Shown piece by piece: positions 57,521 to 64,000 of a stretch of 64,000 bases of DNA (its first letter is position 1; every line of letters begins with the position of its first letter). Made by a program: the position numbers and the translations under genes. The notes under the pieces are model-generated. The model was given only the letters and a program-made list of their open reading frames with translations, was not told the DNA's origin and searched no databases. Origin of the DNA: Candidatus Magasanikbacteria bacterium RIFOXYC2_FULL_42_28 (GTDB lineage: Bacteria; Patescibacteriota; Patescibacteriia; Magasanikbacterales; GWA2-37-8); NCBI GenBank assembly GCA_001784435.1, contig MFQZ01000005.1, forward strand, positions 25,015 to 89,014, given 5' to 3'.

Positions 57521-58228
57521 TTAATGATGTGATTTGGCTTCTTTTTTACCGGAAAAAAACAAACGGACGATTATCTCTATTATACTCGAAAACACCATTG
57601 ATGTCAAAATGAAAAGCGATTTGACCATTGGCAAGATCCACAAAATGTAGAAAGTGAAAAGGGGAAATAAAAACAAAAATATCGCTTCGCCGGGTGTCCA
57701 TTTTTTACCGCGCTGTTCCAAAATAATGGTGGCAAATAAATATAACGCACAAATGCCAGCCCATAAAGTATCATAACGCGCGCCAATATCAAATCCGTAA
57801 AAAATCACATTAATTTGACCTGGTAACTCAATAAATGGATACAAAATATGCGCAATACGTTCACCGGTAATTCCTCGAACGAACACCTGATAAAGTAAAA
57901 CTAATACGAGCAATTGAATAACGAGCGTCGCCACTTTTGCCCATGGAGAAATTTTGTGCTTTTTCATTATTTTACGAAACGCGTCTTTCATTAATACCGG
58001 ATCACCACGAAATGCCTGCGATTTTTCCTCAGCTTCGGCTTCAGCTCGTTCTTCACGGATTATATTGCGCTCGGAAATAATAGAAAGTGGCAAAAGTAAG
58101 ATACGCAAAAATACGGTGAGCCAAATAACGGCCCAGCCCAAGTTAAAATCAGCCACATTGGAATAAATCCAAACTAAGGCATTAAATAACGGCTGGTATA
58201 AAAAAGTAAGCCAAAAATACGAGAACAT
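57521..58228 (-). CDS. yidC: YidC/Oxa1 family membrane protein insertase
   Basis: LYQPLFNAL, GWAVIWLTVFLRILLLPL, KKHKISP, LLYQVF. Confidence 0.75.
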   Translation of the reverse strand: MFSYFWLTFLYQPLFNALVWIYSNVADFNLGWAVIWLTVFLRILLLPLSIISERNIIREERAEAEAEEKSQAFRGDPVLMKDAFRKIMKKHKISPWAKVATLVIQLLVLVLLYQVFVRGITGERIAHILYPFIELPGQINVIFYGFDIGARYDTLWAGICALYLFATIILEQRGKKWTPGEAIFLFLFPLFTFYILWILPMVKSLFILTSMVFSSIIEIIVRLFFSGKKEAKSHH

Positions 58229-58280
58229 ATATTATACGTAGTATAACACAAATTCAAGCAAAAAACAACGGCTATTCACA

Positions 58281-58985
58281 CTATTTTCTAGTCATCCAAT
58301 GTTTACGCCTTTTTAAAGGCATTTTTTCAATAGAATACCGCAACATTGTGCGAGGCATTTTGGCTACATTTCCACGCAAAAAATCTTCTAAAATCTTGAC
58401 CGAACACCTCTTCCCTACCTCACGCAACATCCAACCAACCGCTTTATGAATTAAATCGTGTTTATCTTTTAATAAAATTTTGGCAATTTTTATAGTGTCT
58501 GCTGATTGACCATTATAGATGAAAGCAAAAGTCGCGAGTATGGCAATTCGCCGTTCCCACAAATTTTTTGACTTTGCTAACTGATACAAAATCTTTCTTG
58601 ATTTATCTAATAAATACACGCCCACCACTCTCGGTACGGTCACATCCACCAAATCCCAATTATTTATATAACGAATATTTTTTAAAAAAATATTATACAC
58701 GCGGGTTTTATCCGCCTTACTCCCCTCTTCGAATTTTTTTACCAAAATTAATAACGCAACCATCCGCTCTTCGTGCCACGGTGAATGCAATAATTTTTCC
58801 GTATCCGCAAAACTCAGATCTTCCCAATATTTTTCCACAACTGAACGTGTCTCAGGCATCGTTAACCCCAAAAATTTATCCCCCTCGCCGTACTGCCCCG
58901 GGCCAGTTTTAAAAAAACGCAAAGAAAGCTTAGCTCTCGTCGGATTAGCCAAGCTACGAATTTCTTTTTTAATTTTATTTAACAT
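58281..58985 (-). CDS. DNA alkylation repair protein (AlkD family)
   Basis: FFKTGPGQYGEGDKFLG, NNWDLVD, KAVGWMLREVGK. Confidence 0.9.
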   Translation of the reverse strand: MLNKIKKEIRSLANPTRAKLSLRFFKTGPGQYGEGDKFLGLTMPETRSVVEKYWEDLSFADTEKLLHSPWHEERMVALLILVKKFEEGSKADKTRVYNIFLKNIRYINNWDLVDVTVPRVVGVYLLDKSRKILYQLAKSKNLWERRIAILATFAFIYNGQSADTIKIAKILLKDKHDLIHKAVGWMLREVGKRCSVKILEDFLRGNVAKMPRTMLRYSIEKMPLKRRKHWMTRK

Positions 58986-58990
58986 GAAAA

Positions 58991-60895
58991 CTAAATTTTC
59001 AAAATCCTCTCAATATCTTCCACGGTAAAATAATTCTCCCCACGTAAAACCGTGGCGCGCCAGTCATTTTTTTTGCCAAATAAAACACAGTAATCATTAT
59101 CCGCCACCTGATCATAAATTTTCCGTATTTCTTTACAGGTGTCAAAATACAAAAAATGTTCGCTGGAAGAAACGTTATCCAAATAAGAAAAAAATAAACT
59201 GCCCATTGTGTCAAATTTAAAACGTAATTGGGTTTCCAAATCCCGGCCCACTTCCACTAAAACCGGTAATTTAAATGTCCGGCCATCAATGTTTACACTT
59301 TTGTTTGAAACACTGCTTAAAGCAAACTGCTCAATTTTAGGAAATTTCCAAAGCCCAGTCACTTCCGCCCGCCACTTACGAACATTATCACGAATAAATT
59401 TTGTTTCGGTGGCCGTTGAAGTAGCGTCGGACAATAAATTCCGCCCCAAACCAATATCACCGGAAAAACCTAAAAACGGCAACACCGTCGAGCCGGTATC
59501 CAAAGTTGACCCGGGCACGCCAATCTCTTGTGGTAAGGCGGACGGAGGCAAAATCATCAACCGATTGGTCCGTTTTTGTTTTTCCAACAGTTTCGTAGCC
59601 ATATTTTCCAGACCCAAATGATCAGACGCGAGCACAATCACAGTGTTAGCGCCATAAGGCGACGCGCGTAATTTTTTTACAAATTCTCCCACTAAATAAT
59701 CAGAACAATTAACCGCGTTTAACATCGGATTTTTGCCATCAGTATAAACCCGACCGGCGCAAGCCCGATTAACATGGCCTTTGGGATGGTGAGTATCGAG
59801 CGTAATTAAAAATAATCCAAAATTATTCGTGCCAGCAGACAACTGTTCAAACCGATCATAAGCCATTGGTAAAAAACTGTCGTCATAAATTCCCCACCCG
59901 CTCACATAATTTTTATCAGCCAAACGCGGACGCAAATCTTCATATCCCAAAAATTCATCAAAGCCGTGGGATTTATAAAACAAATCTTTACCGGCAAATT
60001 CCGCACGTGCCCCGCCATAATATGACAAATAATATCCTTGCTCATGTAATAAATCACCCAAACAACGCGCGCCAACAAAAAATTTATCCATACCAGACAT
60101 AGAATTACCGCCCGACGGCGTCATGAGCGGTATACCACATTGGCTCGCCACCATCCCGCCCATCGTAAAGCCAGTGCTATACACCTGGGTAATGTCATTA
60201 AAAACAATCGCTTCATTTTTTAATTTATTCAATTCCGGCGTTAGCCCGGGAAAAGTTTTGCCATCAGAATAAGTTTGTTCAAATCCTTCCAAATAAATAA
60301 AAACTAAATTAGGGTGAGTCTCGCTGATTGGAACAAGCGATGAATTGTGGTATAGCGCTTCGAAACTAAACGGATCAAGAGGAATAATTTCCGTGGTCGT
60401 AGCGGTGGTAATAAAATTCGTTTCCGGCTTGTTGGTAAAAGCTACGGCCGCAGGCATGATGCCGGCGAGATATTCTTCTTGAGTTATTTGATACCACGAC
60501 AACGATGACGGATTGGAAATAATTGAAAGAGTAAATAATAACAACGACAAAAGAGAATATGAAAATCGTGGTTCATTTTTACGCGAGGCACGGATAATAA
60601 AACCTAAAATAATAAAACAAGCCACTAAAAACAACGCGCTCCCAACAATCAAATACCGATATTCAAAAAATCCGGCGCCAGCCAAACCGTATTTAAGATG
60701 ATACACCACGGCTTCGGTAATGCCTTCTCCGGTAAAACGATCAGCGATATAATATGACAGGGATAGAATTACGATCACCAAAAATATCAAACCAAAAAAA
60801 ATATTCCCCAACCAAGTGGACTTACTTTTAGTAAAAAAATATAGGCCGAGCAAAAATAAAGGTACGGCCAATAAAAACGATGAAATCTCCGGCAT
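58991..60895 (-). CDS. Phosphoglycerol transferase I-like (MdoB/OpgB, LTA-synthase/sulfatase fold)
   Basis: FTGEGITEAV, VFIYLE, TMGGMVASQCG, TLDTHHPKG, ASDHL; start probably MPEISS. Confidence 0.8.
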   Translation of the reverse strand: MPEISSFLLAVPLFLLGLYFFTKSKSTWLGNIFFGLIFLVIVILSLSYYIADRFTGEGITEAVVYHLKYGLAGAGFFEYRYLIVGSALFLVACFIILGFIIRASRKNEPRFSYSLLSLLLFTLSIISNPSSLSWYQITQEEYLAGIMPAAVAFTNKPETNFITTATTTEIIPLDPFSFEALYHNSSLVPISETHPNLVFIYLEGFEQTYSDGKTFPGLTPELNKLKNEAIVFNDITQVYSTGFTMGGMVASQCGIPLMTPSGGNSMSGMDKFFVGARCLGDLLHEQGYYLSYYGGARAEFAGKDLFYKSHGFDEFLGYEDLRPRLADKNYVSGWGIYDDSFLPMAYDRFEQLSAGTNNFGLFLITLDTHHPKGHVNRACAGRVYTDGKNPMLNAVNCSDYLVGEFVKKLRASPYGANTVIVLASDHLGLENMATKLLEKQKRTNRLMILPPSALPQEIGVPGSTLDTGSTVLPFLGFSGDIGLGRNLLSDATSTATETKFIRDNVRKWRAEVTGLWKFPKIEQFALSSVSNKSVNIDGRTFKLPVLVEVGRDLETQLRFKFDTMGSLFFSYLDNVSSSEHFLYFDTCKEIRKIYDQVADNDYCVLFGKKNDWRATVLRGENYFTVEDIERILKI

Positions 60896-60912
60896 GTTGA
60901 TATACACAAAAA

Positions 60913-60960
60913 GGGGGAACGCTAAGCGTCCCATAACCCACGCTTAGCGTGGGGGTTGAA
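60913..60960. repeat. Double hairpin resembling IS200/IS605-type subterminal palindromes
   Basis: GGGAACGCTAAGCGTCCC and CCCACGCTTAGCGTGGG. Confidence 0.45.
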
Positions 60961-61022
60961 ATATATAACCAATAGGTATATAATATCATAAATTACACTT
61001 ATCCACAATTTAAGATGTATTT

Positions 61023-63266
61023 ATGGCATATAACATTTTAGAAAAAAATGACTGGGAAAAGCTAAAAACCGCCGAACCGGCGCGTTTTGAAAATCAGATG
61101 GCGGGCGGAGAGTATTTAAATTTACAAAAATTGGATTTAGCCGTTTTACCCGGAATTGATACCGATAAACTCAATGATTTAGCCCGCATTATGCGTGGTT
61201 TTATTTTTGCTATGGTTGAGGCGGCGCGCTCTGGTCACCCGGGGTCAAGCGCCAAAGCGGAGATGCTGTTGGCAATGGTCCTATCCGGCGTGATGGGATT
61301 TAATCCGCTTGATCCAAAAAATAATGGGCGCGATCGATTGATTTGGTCAGCCGGACATTGTACCCCCGCTCTCTACGCGATTTTGACGGTAATTTACGAA
61401 TCCTTAAAATTAACCGGTCAAAATTTTGACGAGGATAAATTACACGCGGTCTTGGCCAAACATTTACACCGTTTCCGCCGACCGGACGGCCCGCAAGGAC
61501 ATGTTGAGGCGTACAGTCCTCTAGCTGACTTTGGAACTGGCCCGTCCGGGCATGGTTTATCCGGCGCGTCTGGTATGGCCGCGGTGCATAAGTCCTGTGG
61601 ATTAGACACTAAAGTTTTTGTAATCATGGGCGACGCCGAAAGCGAAGAAGGGATGAGTTATGAAGCGCGCAACGTGGCCGTGTCTTTGGGGCAAGATAAT
61701 CTGATTGTCAATTTGGATTATAACCATTTTGGCATTGACGGCGACATCAACGAAGTAATCGCCACGCCTTATATTAATCATTGGTTAGGATTGGGTTGGA
61801 ATGTAATTGAAGTAAATGGTCACGATGTTTTGGAATTAGTTTATGCCTATCGCAAAGCATCGGAAGGTTTTGGCAACAAACGCCCAACCTGCGTATTAGC
61901 GCACGCTTTCAAAGGTAAGGGTTATGGCAAAATGGAAAACACAGCCGAATCACACGGCACACCAGCTAAATTTCCGGACTATGTGGAAATAATGAAAAAA
62001 TTGGGCTTTGATATTCCAGGTGTAGAAAAAGAAACTACCAAAGATATCGAGGTGGTGCTAAAACAATTAACGCCCGAATTAGCGCAATATGTTTGTGAGC
62101 GTTTAAAAATTACTACTGCCAAAATTAAACCAGAAAGCGAATTAATAACAAAAATGACAACGGCTTTAACCGGTCGGGCCATCGTTAATCCGACTGACAT
62201 CAAACGACCGGAAACTTTGCCGACGGAATTAGTATTTGAACAGGGTGCCAATGTCGCTACCCGCAAAGCCACTCAGGCCTGGTTTGACTGGCTGATGAAA
62301 CAAACCGCATTTTTTTATGCTGGCGCCGGTGATTTGGCCAAATCAGTTTTAACTGCCAAAGCAGAAAATGTTTACGGGGTGATTACTCCTAATAATCCGT
62401 TGGGACGAGGTGTGCGTTTTGGCATTGCTGAACAAAATATGGCAATGTTTGGCACGGCGATTACGACCGACCGCTTGCCGGGTGGATTCGCACCCGTATC
62501 TGTTTTTGCTTCTTACGGCGTGTTCACCTCCATGATGACGAACTGCGTGCGTCTGACTTTGATCAACAATCATTTATATCCCGAACACAAAGGATTTTTT
62601 ATCGTACTCGCCGCGCATGATGGCCCGGAAACCGGCGAGGATGGTCCAACTCACCAAGGCATGTTTTGGATGAGCATGTATAACGCTTACCCGGGCATAA
62701 AAGTTTACAAACCAATGGACGCGAACGAAACGATTGAAATGTTATTTTACGCTTTGGAAAAAGGCGAGCCGATTGCGTTGTCGGTGGCGCGACCGGATAC
62801 GGTGGTATTTAAACGTGGCAATGGCGTGCCCGAAGCGCGCGAGGCGGTAAATGGCGCGTATGTATTTAAAAATTATTCGGAAAATGGCGGACGAAAAATT
62901 GCATTGGCGATTTGTGGGGCGCAGGTGCTGGCCAATACCTTGGAAATTGTACCGGAATTAGAAGCGGGCGGATTGGATGTAAAAATTATTGCCGTCACAT
63001 CGCCGGAATTATACGAGGACTTACGCAAAACTAATCCGACCAAGGCCAATGAAATTTGTTCGGACGAAGACCGCGCTCGCGTGGTCGCGATGCACAATGG
63101 CTGGAAAGGATTTTTATATCCATTTTTATTGCCGAGCGATTATGATAAACGAACGATTGCGATTGATACTTATTTGACTTCAGGAAATCCGAAAGAGGTG
63201 TATGAGGTGGCTGGGTTTACGGCCAAGGATTTATTGAAAAAAATTATAAATTCAAATTTAAAATAA
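61023..63266 (+). CDS. tkt: Transketolase (TPP-dependent)
   Basis: SGHPG, SAGH, GDAESEEG...N TPP motif, FGIAEQNM, TGEDGPTHQ. Confidence 0.85.
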   Translation: MAYNILEKNDWEKLKTAEPARFENQMAGGEYLNLQKLDLAVLPGIDTDKLNDLARIMRGFIFAMVEAARSGHPGSSAKAEMLLAMVLSGVMGFNPLDPKNNGRDRLIWSAGHCTPALYAILTVIYESLKLTGQNFDEDKLHAVLAKHLHRFRRPDGPQGHVEAYSPLADFGTGPSGHGLSGASGMAAVHKSCGLDTKVFVIMGDAESEEGMSYEARNVAVSLGQDNLIVNLDYNHFGIDGDINEVIATPYINHWLGLGWNVIEVNGHDVLELVYAYRKASEGFGNKRPTCVLAHAFKGKGYGKMENTAESHGTPAKFPDYVEIMKKLGFDIPGVEKETTKDIEVVLKQLTPELAQYVCERLKITTAKIKPESELITKMTTALTGRAIVNPTDIKRPETLPTELVFEQGANVATRKATQAWFDWLMKQTAFFYAGAGDLAKSVLTAKAENVYGVITPNNPLGRGVRFGIAEQNMAMFGTAITTDRLPGGFAPVSVFASYGVFTSMMTNCVRLTLINNHLYPEHKGFFIVLAAHDGPETGEDGPTHQGMFWMSMYNAYPGIKVYKPMDANETIEMLFYALEKGEPIALSVARPDTVVFKRGNGVPEAREAVNGAYVFKNYSENGGRKIALAICGAQVLANTLEIVPELEAGGLDVKIIAVTSPELYEDLRKTNPTKANEICSDEDRARVVAMHNGWKGFLYPFLLPSDYDKRTIAIDTYLTSGNPKEVYEVAGFTAKDLLKKIINSNLK

Positions 63267-63289
63267 TTAATTAATACTAATAATTCTCA

Positions 63290-63390
63290 AATTAACTAAG
63301 TCCTAATTCGCTAATAAAATTCCCAATACTCAAAATATTTTATAATTGAGTATTTTATTAGAAATTAGTGAATTAGCGAATTAGTTAATT
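63290..63390. repeat. Family C element (inverted relative to 17390)
   Basis: CTAAGTCCTAATTCGCTAATAAAATT...GTATTTTATTAGAAATTAGTGAATTAGCGAATTAGTTAATT. Confidence 0.85.
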
Positions 63391-63399
63391 TACAACTCT

Positions 63400-64000
63400 A
63401 TGTCCCTCCCAAAATTTCTTACCGACAAAAATTTAATTCCCAATGTTACGATTAACCCGGCTTTAAATTACCTCGGCACAGAAAGTGCTTTTGATTTCGG
63501 CGCCAAAGTAATGGAAGTAGAAAAATCGGGAAAATTTCCCCAGATTTATAAATTTCATGTTGGTGATACTGGACCAAAAACTCCCCAGCCGATTATTGAT
63601 GTCGCGATTAAAGCCCTGCAAGACAAACAGACCAAATACGGACACTTTGCCGGTTATCCACAGGTGCGCGAGAACATTGCCAAACACTGGAACAAAACCC
63701 GCGGAATTAACATTACTAAAGATAATGTTTTGTTACAACCAGGCGGAAAACCGGCGATTGAAATGAGTATTCAGGCACTCGTAGCGCCGGGCGACAAAAT
63801 AATTGTCCAAAACCCGGGCTATCCGATTTATGACTCGCTCGCTAATTTTTATAATCACGGTAATGTTTTAAATTGGAGCGCGCGCCGCGATGAAATCAAA
63901 AACACTTTAGAATTTGATGTAGAAGATTTGAAAAAATTATTGGAAGAAAATACCCAAGTAAAATTATTGATGTTAAACACTCCTCAAAACCCGACCGGCA
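63400..64000 (+). CDS. Class I/II PLP-dependent aminotransferase (partial, runs off window)
   Basis: Manual translation MSLPKFL...PGGKPAI...PGDKIIVQNPGYPIY...LNTPQNPTG. Confidence 0.88.
   Translation, partial: MSLPKFLTDKNLIPNVTINPALNYLGTESAFDFGAKVMEVEKSGKFPQIYKFHVGDTGPKTPQPIIDVAIKALQDKQTKYGHFAGYPQVRENIAKHWNKTRGINITKDNVLLQPGGKPAIEMSIQALVAPGDKIIVQNPGYPIYDSLANFYNHGNVLNWSARRDEIKNTLEFDVEDLKKLLEENTQVKLLMLNTPQNPTG

Noticed and set aside
47685-61007. DnaA-box-like 9-mers (47685, 56678, 60999) as oriC
   Set aside because: They are isolated single boxes at promoters, with no cluster and no dnaA or dnaN nearby

Overview
Core-genome segment of a small-genome bacterium, most likely Patescibacteria/CPR (inferred from the CxxC-x17-CxxC protein, short ProRS, short AtpH and HrcA, and mostly SD-less AT-rich leaders). 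It uses genetic code 11. Contents: ABC-F, arfB, tRNA-Asn with att-like scars, uppP, proS, an rrf2-iscS-iscU-ferredoxin operon, rsmI, metG-cvpA-tatD, a complete F1Fo atp operon, a UvrD-nuclease fusion, mreBCD-mrdA, greA, lysS, serS, alr, HNH plus Xer, an hrcA-grpE-dnaK-dnaJ operon carrying yhhQ-queF and other passengers, yidC, an MdoB-like enzyme, transketolase and a partial aminotransferase. The most striking feature is a dense population of short palindromic repeats in at least six sequence families. Two families sit in frame inside five housekeeping proteins (UppP, RsmI, TatD, UvrD-nuclease, GrpE) and are read in different frames. Others fill most spacers of the atp operon, including an inverted pair of ~110-125 nt elements between atpD and atpC with conserved cores and compensatorily changed stems. 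Also noted: a candidate sRNA next to queF, an 11-Cys metallothionein-like peptide and a symmetric CIRCE variant. All calls were made by eye with no database searches, so novelty is untested.
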